64,000 bases of DNA from Octopus vulgaris (GCA_951406725.2 OX597839.1:22630001-22694000), one strand, 5' to 3'. Shown: positions 12,804-25,195, numbered from the stretch's first letter. Notes: generated by a model not told the origin, from the letters alone. Numbers and translations are program-made.

Positions 12804-13793
12804 TTACATACATAAAGCATTAAAAAAAAAGGAAAAAACTTGCGGATTGATAATCAATAAAAAACAGAAACAAAATTTTAAAAATCTACTCTTTGTGCAT
12901 GATCCCTGCACCAAATGATCCATAGCCTGGTGGTTGGGGGCCCCTGGTTTATAAGAATATTAAATGAAATACTTGACTGGGATCTTTTATCTCATCAACC
13001 CTGGAAATATATAAGGCAAAGTTGATGTCAGCAGGATTTGAACCCAGAATATAAAAATCCTGTTGTTTTTGTTCTGTTTCCACAATTCTTCCAATCTTTC
13101 ACAAACCAATTCTTAATTGTTAAGCTGAAGATGTCTTTAATGTATAGCTTGTGGTAATCTATTTAAATACATTTGAATAGATCTACATAAATTATACAAG
13201 TTGTTCTCTATTATGCACATGCTGTGTCTTTTAATCCCCTAATCTTGAAATCAGTCAGTCTGTTTCTGTAATCTGTTCTCCCCTACTCTCCCCAGGTTGT
13301 CCTGCCACCGTTCTTCCCTGATTCTTAAAACACGTCAAAAACAATATTCAAGCAAAGAAAAAGGAAAGACTTACAGACAGACAACCGCTAAATAACTTGG
13401 ATGTTGAATATTATTCTGACAGGGGTGGCATTCGATGGAGTGGTGTTTTCAGAGCTACCTTACAATGACTCAATGTTTTCTAATCGTATTTCTACCTGGT
13501 TACACACTGGACGTAACAGTTGCCATTTTGCTTCGACTGATAACTAATATCACAATTACAAATCACAATATTTGGTTTTCTTTCAGAGACAATTCAACAG
13601 AAAGCATAAAGGTGGGAATTCTCTTTCACAAAAAATGTAGTCTCAGGTTGTTGGTAAAATGTTGCATTATTTGTGGCTATTTTTATTCCTGTTGTCAATG
13701 TGAGTTGACCCAGGAGGGGAGTGGTATCTGACCTCAAGGTCAGAGGTCACAGCTTCAAACAGTCTACAACATTTCACAGTGTATAGCAATAAC

Positions 13794-14026
13794 TATTTCT
13801 TTATTACCCACAAGGGGCTAAACACAGAGGGGACAAACAAGGACAGACATAGGTATTAAGTCAATTACATCGACCCCAGTGCGTAACTGGTGCTTAATTT
13901 ATCGACCCCGAAAAGGATGAAAGGCAAAGTCAACCTCGGCGGAATTTGAACTCAGAAAGTAACGACAGCCGAAATACCGCTCAGCATTTCACCCGACGTG
14001 CTAACGATTCTGCCAGCTCGCCGCCT
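13794..14026 (-). mobile_element. SINE family B
   Basis: Matches 3308-3538; TSD tatagcaataac (13782-13793 / 14027-14038). Confidence 0.9.
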
Positions 14027-14239
14027 TATAGCAATAACACAAAGAAATAAATAGAGGCAGAAGGCCATCGGTGGCAGCGGCAGAGTTCAATTTGAGAGTA
14101 ACCAGGTGGCATTTGGTGTGGAATAGCAATGGAATTCATTACCAATATTCTTCAATGTAGCATCATCTATTTTGTTACCCAGGCCAAAACATCTACCTTG
14201 TTATCTTCTATCCATGATGGACAAGTGATATTTCAGGAC

Positions 14240-14478
14240 CAGGTAAAATGCACCCGTGCCAGTGACACGTGAGACATGCACTGGTGCTGCTTCCACATAG
14301 GATGCACTCGCACTGGTAGCAGGTTAGAAGCAGCCTGCACACTCTGTGAGGTGGATGGCATTAAGAGCAGCATCCAGCCATAGAAACCATGCCAAAACAG
14401 ACAACTGGAACCTGGTCAGCTCCAGTCAAAACCGCCCAACCCATGCTAGCAGAGAAAACAGACATTAAATGACAACAA
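14240..14478 (+). mobile_element. Family D retroposon, degenerate
   Basis: gcatccagccatagaaaccatgcc..aacccatgctagc..gacattaaatga. Confidence 0.75.
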
Positions 14479-14482
14479 TATA

Positions 14483-14846
14483 TCTCTCTATATATCTATA
14501 AATGGCACAATGTCTGTGTGTGTGTCCTTTATACAAATCCACAATTTTTCAGTTAGAGGGCTTGCACTTTCTATGGTCATTCAAAAGCGTCCAAGGGTGG
14601 TCGTGCACATCTTTACATTTCCCCAGGCACCCCACAAAGCCATTAAAAGATCAATAGAAGTGACTTTTTTGTGAATTTTCTTTCCAAAACCCAATCAAAA
14701 TGCCCGAAACTTGATACGCCAATTGAATGCCAGCTGGCTGTATGTGATTGGTCGGAGATTTGGACAGTACTTGCGTGTATATGCGCACGCATGCAGCTGT
14801 ATATGCATGCACTAGCACTATGACCTGGCATTGCTGGGTCATAGTG

Positions 14847-14850
<4 letters not shown>
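14483..14850 (+). mobile_element. Non-autonomous Helitron-like element
   Basis: 5' TC(tctctatat), 3' hairpin then CTAA (CTAG variant) before T; no TSD; 5' end resembles 62868-63250. Confidence 0.65.
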
Positions 14851-14900
<50 letters not shown>

Positions 14901-15033
14901 TAAGAGACTTACTGCTAAGTGGTTAACCCTAGTGCTAAAAATAGCTCCTTTTTCTGGTATATCTAATTTTTCACCCTCATTTATGAATTTATATATATAT
15001 ATATATATTATGATATATATATATATATATATA

Positions 15034-15262
15034 TATCTGTAAAATAATATGTGACAATTATTCAATAGCCAAGATAGAACTCTGAGTTTCGGATGGCCAG
15101 ATAACCAAAGAAATGGTGTTGTGGATTTCCACTTCGGCATCCAAAACTCAGACTTATCTTGGCTATTGAGTAATTGTCGCATATTTATTTTACAGATAAA
15201 TTTCTTCTATTTACATAATATTGAGGTCTCTTTCTTTCTTTTGTCATCTTACTGTTTTTACC
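15034..15262 (+). mobile_element. (TA)n-embedded Penelope-like fragment with inverted 5' duplication (foldback 15034-15198)
   Basis: 15034-15098 is the reverse complement of 15136-15198; includes a GAAActcagaGTT hammerhead-like half; (TA)n on both sides. Confidence 0.55.
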
Positions 15263-15309
15263 TATATATATATATATATATATATATATGGTGATGGTGA
15301 TGATGATGA

Positions 15310-15500
15310 TACTGACAGACAAAATGCTTAGTGGCACTTCTAGCTTCTTCTGAGTTTAAATTCTGCTGAGGCTGACTTTGCCTTCTGTCACTTTGGTATT
15401 GATGAAATAAGTACTAACAGAGACATTGGCCTTGATGTAATCAAGTAAACCCCCTTGACCCACATTTCAGGCATTGTACCCATAGTAGAAAGGATTATTA
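15310..15500 (+). mobile_element. Degenerate SINE family B
   Basis: aaaatgcttagtggc..ttctgagtttaaattctgctgaggctgactttgcctt..atagtagaaaggattatt. Confidence 0.7.
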
Positions 15501-16041
15501 TTACCATCATTATCATTCACTGTTTTAGGGGACACATCCCCTAGCTCTCACACACTCTCTCTCTCTCTCACATACACGCATATAATTATAATAGAATGTT
15601 TTAGCAAAGACTCTGCTTTCACCCTATTGTAGGGTTTGTCAGAAACTAGTAATACTCTAAATCTGTAGATGTAGCATAATTGATTTCAAAATCTATTTTA
15701 GGCAATTCCAAACATTTGTACCAAATCTAAACAAATTATAAAAACAGAATCAAGTAGGAAGAACAAACAACTAGACGGCATCATTGGAATCAAATGAAGA
15801 AAGCATGAAGAAACGATCGTTATTTGATAACGAGAGAAAGATAAACAGATAAAACAATGTCCCATTTAATTCAATGCCGCTGCATGCCTATATTGCAAGG
15901 TACACAAATACTGGTAAAAATAACAAATAAACAAGATTGAATGTAACAAAGTTGGTTTATCTGTTTATCTTTGTTTGGGATTAAACAGATATTTGAGGAA
16001 AAGGATTCCAGCTGTGACCAGTTTACTGTCGTCTTGTCAGA

Positions 16042-16434
16042 GACTGCGTAGTCCAATATCTACTTATCTATTGAGGAGAGGGATGTGAGGGAGATTTGAT
16101 GGCTATTTCTAGCAAGCTAGGGGAATGTCTACGTCACCAGCCATGTACACGAGTGCATTAGTTTGTGTGTGTGACTGCATAGTCCAATATCTACTTATTT
16201 ATTGAGGAGAGGGATATGAGGGAGATTTGATGGCTATTTCTAGCAAGCTAGGGGAATGTCTACGTCACCAGCCATGTACACGAGTGCATTGGTTTGTGTG
16301 TGTGACTGCATAGTCCAATATCTACTTATTTATTGAGGAGAGGTATGTGAGGGAGATTTGATGGCTATTTCTAGCAAGCTAGGGGAATGTCTACGTGACC
16401 AGCCATGTGCACGAGTGCATTAGTTTGTGTGTGT
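16042..16434. repeat. Three tandem copies of a 131-bp unit
   Basis: Units start gactgc at 16042, 16173 and 16304 and are almost identical. Confidence 0.95.
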
Positions 16435-16607
16435 GTATGTGTGTGTGTGTGTTTGTGTGCATGTTTACATCAACACATACACACTAAATACATTAGCACA
16501 GTCACATGTATACATCTATCTGTATAGTTATGAGCTACTAATAATTTCATACATTGGAGATATTGCCTAGGCATGTTATTAAAACCTGCCTAGACAACAT
16601 CTCCCAT

Positions 16608-16945
16608 ACAGTTCTATATTTAAGAGATGAGGAATTATGTACATTATTTACATTTGATGGATATTTGTCCTCACATAGTGTAGTGGTTAAGAGCGCGGGC
16701 TACTAACCCCAAAATTCCGAGTTCGATTCCAAGCAGTGGCCTGAATAATAATAATAATGATAATAATAATAATAATAATAACAACAACAACATTGAAAAA
16801 TACGTTAGGAATTAGAACCCAGGTTTGAAATTTCTCCAAGACACCTGATGAAGGCTGCAGGGTATATCAGCCGAAACGTGTTAACAACAAACAAGATGAG
16901 GACAAATATCCACCAAATGTAAATAAAGTAAATAATGAACATATC
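16608..16945 (+). mobile_element. tRNA-headed SINE with Penelope-like tail, hammerhead motif and inverted tail copy at its 5' side
   Basis: A-box tagtgtagtgg 16676-16686, B-box gttcgattcc 16721-16730; (AAT)n; CTGATGA-A-ggctg..cagcc-GAAAC 16845-16877; 16644-16673 is the reverse complement of 16897-16926. Confidence 0.7.
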
Positions 16946-17023
16946 CCATGCTTGAAACCATTAGTTGCTCATAACTATATATTGCAATAAAAAAGTGTGT
17001 ATGTATATATATATATATATATA

Positions 17024-17066
<43 letters not shown>

Positions 17067-18192
17067 CATACACAAACACACATGCAGAAAATGAGCTTCT
17101 TTCAGTTTCCGTCAACCAAATCCAATTCAGAAGGCTTCCCCGTTGGACTGAACTCAAGATCATGTGATTGGTATGCAAACTTTTTAATTAAACATTCCAA
17201 CTTATGCTCTAAACACACACACACACACACACACACTCATATATACACTTATATATATACATTTATTTATTGCATACAATGATGTATATTAGCCCACATG
17301 CAAGTATTCACAAAAATACACACATATTCACAGTTCAGTGTGTGTGTGTGTGTGTGTGCATTTCTGCTTTTAGCACCACCACCACCATGACCACCACCAC
17401 CACTTCATCATCACCACTAGCAGTTATCTCTCTCTCTCTCTCCTCACCGGTTACCAAAATACCTTCCGACAGCAACGTCTTCTACAAACTTATCTCTATT
17501 TACTTAAGGAATGGCTCTTTATTTAAAGATTGCCCAGATATTTCTAGAAACTTTCAAAGCTGGATATTTCGTCAATATTTTTACTCAATATTTATTTATA
17601 TTTTAGTTGATATTTGTTTATTTATTTATTCCTTTCATTGTTTACTTATCTTGATTTCTGCTTTGAAGCCAGGAAAGTCTGTGAAATACTTTGGCAATTC
17701 ATTTTCTTTCCGCCCTATTTCATGTTTAACCTTCTCATCACCAGTTCCTCATCAAATACAACTTCCTAAGTGTCTTAATTAATTTTCAAAAATAAGCTGC
17801 CAACTGCCCCCCCCCCCATCCCCCTGTCTCTTGTACCCCCACCCCAGGACTTGAGGGGCCACCCAGACACCTCAGTTCTAATATCTATCTTTTCACAGCT
17901 TCTTATTGATCAGTCTCTCCTTCACCAAACTAAATGTGAATAACCATGCTGCCCTTCTACAAGAACCTGCTCAGCCCTCATCCTCACTTCTCATATCTTA
18001 ACCCCACCCTCATCTTCTAGTATAAAGCCAACTCCATTTCCCTTGGGGTTCGTAGTCTTGCAAGCTGCATGGCACCCAGTCTGTGCTGTAAAGCAGTTGG
18101 TGTTAGGGAAGATATCCAGCCATAGAAACCATGCTGAAACAGAGGATTGGAGCATAAAGGAGTCCTTAGACCCATCAGATCCTGTCAAACCA

Positions 18193-18579
18193 TTTGGAAG
18201 CACTCCGTCGGTTACGACGACGAGGGTTCCAGTTGATCCGATCAACGGAACAGCCTGCTCATGAAATTAACGTGTAAGTGGCTGAGCACTCCACAGACAC
18301 GTGTACCCTTAACGTTAGTTCTCGGGGATATTCAGCGTGACACAGAGAGTGACAAGGCCGGCCCTTTGAAATACAGGTACAACAGAAACAGGAAGAAAGA
18401 GTGAGAGAAAGTTGTGGTGAAAGAGTACAGCAGGGATCACCACCATCCCCTGCTGGAGCCTCGTGGAGCTTTAGGTGTTTTCGCTCAATAAACACTCACA
18501 ACGCCCGGTCTGGGAATCGAAACCGCGATCCCACGACCGCGAGTCCGCTGCCCTAACCACTGGGCCATTGCGCCTCCAC
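18193..18579 (-). mobile_element. SINE family C (tRNA-derived), full length
   Basis: Minus head tggaggcgcaatggcccagtggttagggcagcggac..ggtttcgattccc; collinear with 28037-28418. Confidence 0.9.
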
Positions 18580-18659
18580 ATTTATCCTATGCCAGCATGG
18601 AACATGCACTGCCTTGCGGTACTCAAGAAGATTTATACTCCACAGCAGAAGAGTTAAGA

Positions 18660-18985
18660 TTGATCCCTCTGGTGCTGTAAAGGATGTGTGGCACTGCCCG
18701 TGCAGTGCCACATAAAAGACCCATGTGGCATCATGTAAAAGTGTCCATGTGAGACATGTAAAAGCACTCAGCACACTTTGTAAAGTGGTTGGCATGTTAG
18801 GAAGGGCATCCAGCTGTAGAGACACGATTAGACTGGAATCTGGTGCAGCTCCCCAGCTTGCCAGCTCTGGTCAAACTAACCAATCCATGCCAGCATGGAC
18901 AACAGATGTTAAATGATGATGATGATGATGATTATGATGATGATGGTGGTGGTGGTGGTGGTGGTGGTGGTGGTGGTGGTGGTGA
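18660..18985 (+). mobile_element. Family D retroposon with expanded (GAT)n/(GGT)n tail
   Basis: ggaagggcatccagctgtag..ccatgccagcatggacaacagatgttaaatgatgatg. Confidence 0.8.
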
Positions 18986-19856
18986 AGAGGTTTGAAAACT
19001 TACCAAAGAAATTCTCATGTGAAATTAGAAGAGAAGGTTTTAATTGAAATATAAGCATTTTAAAATAAGTGGTTTTGTATCATGGAAGGTGGTGGGCCAG
19101 CATGGCCTCAGCTCTGATGGTAAAAACAAACTAAATAACAACAACAACAACAACAAAAAATAAAAGAACTGAAAGTGGCCTCAGGTGTAATAATTACCTG
19201 CTCAATGAATTACTGAGTGGCTGAGTGCTCCACAGATATGCTTGATGTTAACTAGAGTAAATATGGCAGAGTTTGTGACAAGGACAGGCCTTTATACAAC
19301 AGATACAATCCACTCAATGGGCTTCCATTCAGTCTCCAGTGGTCACTTCAGAGACTATTTTGTCTGAGTTAGGTTCCCCATTTGAAAGAGAAGGATGTAG
19401 AGTAGAATTAATGATAAAAGCCCCCACTCACCCTTCTAATTGTAATATTTAATTATTGCAGCTCATTCTCAGAAAAGAGTTCTCAAATGTAAGATGATGT
19501 CAGGGTAAGCGAACAGACACGTTGGAAAGATAAGCTTTAAAATTATGTTCCCATACCAGATGACAAAAAGAACTGGCAAAAAAAAAAAAAAAAAAAAAAA
19601 ATCGGCCCAGAAAACACAATTTAAATGTCAAAGTTTGTAGACCTATCAAACTCTCTTTTAACAGGAAAACAAAAGAAAGAAAAATGGAAGAAAAAAGATG
19701 TAAATCTGGAAATGAAACAAAAGCTGTCTGCATGTCTCTCATGTTATTTCTTCCACAAATCTGCATCGTTAGGTTGCAGTGGTTTTGCACTTTAAAACGC
19801 AGCCCTGAACCGATTATTCGTGGTGTGTGAGGTTTCTAATTGTCTGACTAGTTTAA

Positions 19857-20075
19857 CCCTTTAGTGTTCAGATTATTCAATCAAACATAATGCTTATTGA
19901 TTCACATTGATTTGAATTAATCATGCATTATCTCATATCTTCAAGATCTTGATGGTGTAATTACTTAATGTAGAATAACATTGTAGGGTAGGTGTGAGAG
20001 CCTGGATCTGGTCAGTTTGAACATAAAACAGATTAACTATTTTGGCCGGATATGGCCGGTTTAAATACTAAAGGG
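19857..20075 (+). mobile_element. TTAA-flanked MITE family P1 (piggyBac-like termini)
   Basis: TTAA|ccctttagt...actaaaggg|TTAA. Confidence 0.85.
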
Positions 20076-20098
20076 TTAAATAAGTGTTTTACTAACAT

Positions 20099-20725
20099 AG
20101 GCACTGGCAGGGCAGCATGGTAAGGAGTTTATTTCCCAACCATACGGTTCTGGGTTCAGTCCCACAGTGTGGCACCTTGGGCAAATGACTTCTACTATAA
20201 CCACAAGCCAACCAAAGACTTGTGAGTGGATTTCGTAGATGGAAACAGAAGGAAGCCCATTGTGTATATATGAGTATGTGTGTGTGTGTGTGTTTGTTTC
20301 CCATCACCGCTTGACCACCGGCGTTGGTATGTTTATGTCCCTGTAACCTAGCAGTTAGGCAGAAGCAACTGATAGATTAACCCTTTAGTGTTCACATTAT
20401 TCTGCCAAAGTTAATGCCTTTTCATCTACATTGTTTTGAACTAATCATGCCTTATCTTGTAGCTATGAGATTTTGATGAGGTAGCTATTAATTTTTAAGA
20501 TGATATTGTAGGGTTGGTGTGAGAGACCAGATATGGTCAGTTTGAACATAAAACAAGCAGAATACTTTTGGCCGGATATGGCCGGTTTAAATGCTAAAGG
20601 GTTAAGTACCAGGCTTAAAACTGAATAAAACAAAAACAAGTCCTGGGGTTGATTTGTTTGAACAAATTCCTCCAAAGCAATGCCCCAGCATGGCCGTAGT
20701 CAAACAACTGAAGCAAGTAAAACGT
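20099..20725 (+). mobile_element. SINE family A split by a P1 MITE
   Basis: SINE sequence gataga|TTAA ... TTAA|gtaccagg resumes collinearly. Confidence 0.85.
20381..20601 (+). mobile_element. P1 MITE inserted at TTAA inside SINE A
   Basis: TTAA(20377-20380)|ccctttagtg...gctaaaggg|TTAA(20602-20605). Confidence 0.9.
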
Positions 20726-20781
20726 TAAAAACAAGACGAGAAAAATCATCCGATGGCTAAGATTTCTGACAGATATCTTTA

Positions 20782-21124
20782 GGGTAAAGACCCCCTTCGG
20801 TCATGAATGACCATGGGATTGCACCTAGAAAGTTACCCTCCTAGACACAAGTCCGGGCAAGGTTGTTTATGGAAGACTAGCAGTCACCCATGCATACCAA
20901 CCTCCCCTCTTCACACCACTGTTGTTATCCAAGGGAAAGGCAAAGGGGTCGATACAGCTTGGCACCAGTGAAGTCGCAACTCATTTCTACAGCTGAGTGA
21001 ACTGGAGCAACGTGAAATAAAGTGTCTTGCTCAAGAACACAACACGCAGCCCGGTCCGGGATTCAAGCTCACAACCTCACGATCGTAAGCTCGACGCTCT
21101 AACCACTGAGCCATGCGCCTCTAC
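20782..21124 (-). mobile_element. SINE family E (tRNA head, CORE-like gtgttcttgagcaagacactt block)
   Basis: Minus head aggcgcatggctcagtggttagagcg..cttgaatccc; TSD cagatatcttta (20770-20781 / 21125-21136); second copy at 48753-49092. Confidence 0.88.
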
Positions 21125-21365
21125 CAGATATCTTTAATATACAATTTAAAGGCAGTTTCAGATAATACGTAATAAAGAGGGCTATCAAGATTTTGGTGGG
21201 GTTTTTGTTTGCCGCCCTTTATGCCGCTGTCTCCATAGCAGAGAACAGAAGAATTTCTTTGATTCTATCGTATCATCTCCCACCGTTTCTCACCTCCACA
21301 CTTTCGGTTATCTAAAGATGAGATACAACAAGTTTGGAGTTGATAGAATCTTATGAAGAATATTT

Positions 21366-22352
<987 letters not shown>

Positions 22353-22578
22353 TGAGGGGTTGCTGAAAATTTCCTGGTTTTAAGGGTATTGCAAAAGGCC
22401 TGGTTGGAGGCCCAACCTCCTGAGTTCTTTTACAGGGCTTTGAAAAACTGAAGGACCGCTGCAGTAAGTGTGTGAATCTGAGAGGGGAATAATTAACTGT
22501 TGAATAATTAACTGATTAATTACCTGATGTTCCTGTAGTTTCTTTAACCCAAAACCAGAACTTTTCAGTACCCTCTCA
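22353..22578 (+). mobile_element. Mariner-derived MITE
   Basis: TA|tgaggggttgctgaaaa...ttttcagtaccctctca|TA; internal EKLKDRCSKCVNLRGE resembles the mariner transposase C-terminus. Confidence 0.85.
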
Positions 22579-22619
22579 TATATGTGTGTGTGTGTGTGTG
22601 TGTGTATACACACACACAA

Positions 22620-22897
22620 GTGCAGGCACAGCTGTGTGTAAGAAGCTTGCTTCCCAACCACATGGTTCCAGGTTCAGTCCCACTGTGTGGTACCTTGGGT
22701 AAGTATCTTCCATTATAGCCTCATGCTGGCCAAAGCCTTGTGAGCTTTGGTATGTTTCTGTCTCCATAACTTAGTGATTTGGCTATAGATTCCAATAGAA
22801 TAAGTACCAAACTTAAAAATTGGTACTGAGTCTGACTAAACCCTCATGTGACTCAGCATGGCTGCTGTCCAATGATTGAAACAAGTGAAAGATAACA
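22620..22897 (+). mobile_element. SINE family A, internally deleted
   Basis: gctgtgtgtaagaagcttgcttcccaaccacatggttcc..cagcatggctgctgtccaatgattgaaacaag. Confidence 0.8.
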
Positions 22898-23172
22898 GAA
22901 ACACACACACACACACACACACATAATCAAATTTCTTTGCCATCAGTAAAGATTAGGAAATAAATCTAGAGTTGTCCCCATGTTGCTTCAAAGTTTACAC
23001 TTATTCCCCATGTCTTTGTATTTTTAATTAATTCAAATCCTGGGGTTATCTCCCTTGCCTTTCTTAACAAGAATTATTTATTACCACTGATGTAATTTGG
23101 CTCAATTAAAAGAAAAAAAAGGTCTTGGCTCATTACATTTAGTGTAGATTTAACAAGGAAAGGCTGTCCCCG

Positions 23173-23886
23173 GTTACTATGGTAACAATAGTGGGGAAGT
23201 GAATGGGCAATAGCACTGGTTACGATGGTAACAACAGACCACTAAATACTGCCACTGGTTACTATAGTAACAACTGCTGAACTATTAGACTTTGTCAAGA
23301 GTTACTATGGCAACAATAACCGACGCTGATTCACAATTGCTCTGGTTACCATAGTAACAACAGTGCAACCACTAAATCACCCCCGCAATAGCACTGGTCA
23401 TGATGGTAACAACAGGCCACTAAATACTGCCACTGGTTACTATAGTAACAACTGCTGAACTATTAGACTTTGTCAAGAGTTACTATGGCAACAATAACCG
23501 ACTTCGATGCACAATTGCTCTGGTTACCATAGTAACGACAGTGCGACCACTAAATCACCCCCCCCCCCACCTGGTTACTATGGTGAAAGCAGCTGAGGAG
23601 GGTGGGGTAAGGGTGTATGGAAGTACCGAACACTATCAATGGTTACTATGGCAACACCAGTGGGGAAGCGAATGGGCAATAGCACTGCTGAACTATTAGA
23701 CTTTGTCAAGAGTTACTATGGCAACAATAACCGACGCCGATGCACAATTGCTCTGGTTACCATAGTAACAACAGTGCGACCACTAAATCACCCCCCACCT
23801 GGTTACTATGGTAAAAGCAGCTGTGGAGGGTGGGGTAAGGCGTGTATGGAAGTACCGAACACACTATCAATGGTTACTATGGCAAC
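23173..23886. repeat. Array of 15 palindromic GTTAC(T/C)AT(G/A)G(T/C)AAC motifs (RFX X-box-like) in higher-order duplications
   Basis: Motif starts 23173, 23219, 23258, 23301, 23345, 23397, 23436, 23479, 23523, 23574, 23642, 23712, 23756, 23802, 23873; 178-bp and ~232-bp higher-order units. Confidence 0.9.
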
Positions 23887-24679
23887 ACCAGTTAGACCGT
23901 TCCAAACAATAGCACAGTTGTTTTTAAGTAAGACCAGCCAACAGAAAAATCAATAAGCCACCACCACCACTCTCCACCACCCCACCCCAGCCTCCACCAC
24001 CCCACCCCACACCTCCCCTCTCCCCTCCCTTACAACATGTAACATGTTCAATAAACAATGATCAGTTTTACTGAGATTTTTTTTTTCCTGCTTTTTTTTT
24101 TTAATTTTTAAATTTTTTTTTGTGTTTTTAGTTCTTTTATTTTCTTTTAAAAGAAGCCATCAGCAGAGGAAAAAAGAGAGTGCAGCTCATTGATTCCACC
24201 CTCCGACCTCCACCCCCACTGTACTCTTGCCCTGCCCCCCCACCGCCACCAGGGATGGGTTTAGTACTTTAGTCACTTCCCCCCGCCCCGCCGTCCTATT
24301 TTTAATCTCTCCCCCGCCCCCGCCCGCTTCAATATACTCTTAACTAAAGGCATCAATGTCACAACCTCTCATTTCCTGTTCAAAAACACTATAAAGGCTT
24401 TAAGGAACAGGAAAGAAAAAGAAATAAATGAACAAAGACCATTATTTCTGTTGTTGTTGTTGCTGTTGCTGTTGGGATTCTATTGTCCAGAGGCATTTTT
24501 GTTGCTTGTTTTTTTGGTTACTGTTCTTTTGTTTTTTTGGTGTGCTTTTTTTTGACATACCACAGCAGATTGTTATAATCAATCTTCAGGGCCATTGTTT
24601 AAGTTCACATCACATAAACATTGGGCAGCGAGCGCGGGTGGGGGGGGGGTTCTTTTTTTTTTCAGCACTACCCCCATAT

Positions 24680-25195
24680 TGTTATCATCATCATCATCAT
24701 CATCATCATCATAAAAAACACCACTACTATCATCATCATCATCATCATTGTTGCTGGCGTCACCACCACCACCACAACCACCATCATACCACCACCACCA
24801 CCACAACCACTACCACCATCATACAACCACCACCACCACCATTACCATCACACCACCACCACCACTACCACCATCATACAACCACCACCACCACCATCAT
24901 ACAACCGCCACCACCACTACCATCACACCACCACCATCAACAACCACCACCACCACTACCATCACACCACCACCATCATACAACCACCACCACCACACCA
25001 CCACCACCACCAACACCACCACCACCACCATACCACCACAACCACCACCACTACCATCACACCACCACCATCATACAACCGCCACCACCACTACCATCAC
25101 ACCACCACCATCATACAACCACCACCATCATACCACCACCACCACCACCATCACACCACCACCACAACCATTACCACCATCACCACCACCTTCAC
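24680..25195. repeat. (CAC)n/(CAT)n-rich low-complexity minisatellite
   Basis: Recurrent accaccaccatcatacaacc units. Confidence 0.95.

Larger units (their letters stand above)
11506..12946. mobile_element. hAT (Charlie/MER1-like termini) non-autonomous DNA transposon containing two SINEs
   Basis: Termini cagcagttcccaa..tttttccac and ggttgggggcccctg; 8-bp TSD gtttatgg (11498-11505) / gtttataa (12947-12954). Confidence 0.7.

Noticed and set aside
13120-13215. CTGAAGA followed by a long AT-rich hairpin
   Set aside because: GAAA and the stem I partner are absent; at most a very decayed relic
13587-13611. Possible 25-nt plus-strand micro-exon (tttcag|...AAG|gtggga)
   Set aside because: Weak donor, no partner exons or recognisable peptide
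18500-18579. tRNA gene-like sequences (also 28037, 21050, 16676)
   Set aside because: SINE heads continuous with SINE bodies; acceptor stems do not pair properly
23173-23886. CRISPR-like repeat-spacer appearance
   Set aside because: Repeats are only 14 bp and variable, spacers are duplicated, there are no cas genes, and the context is eukaryotic
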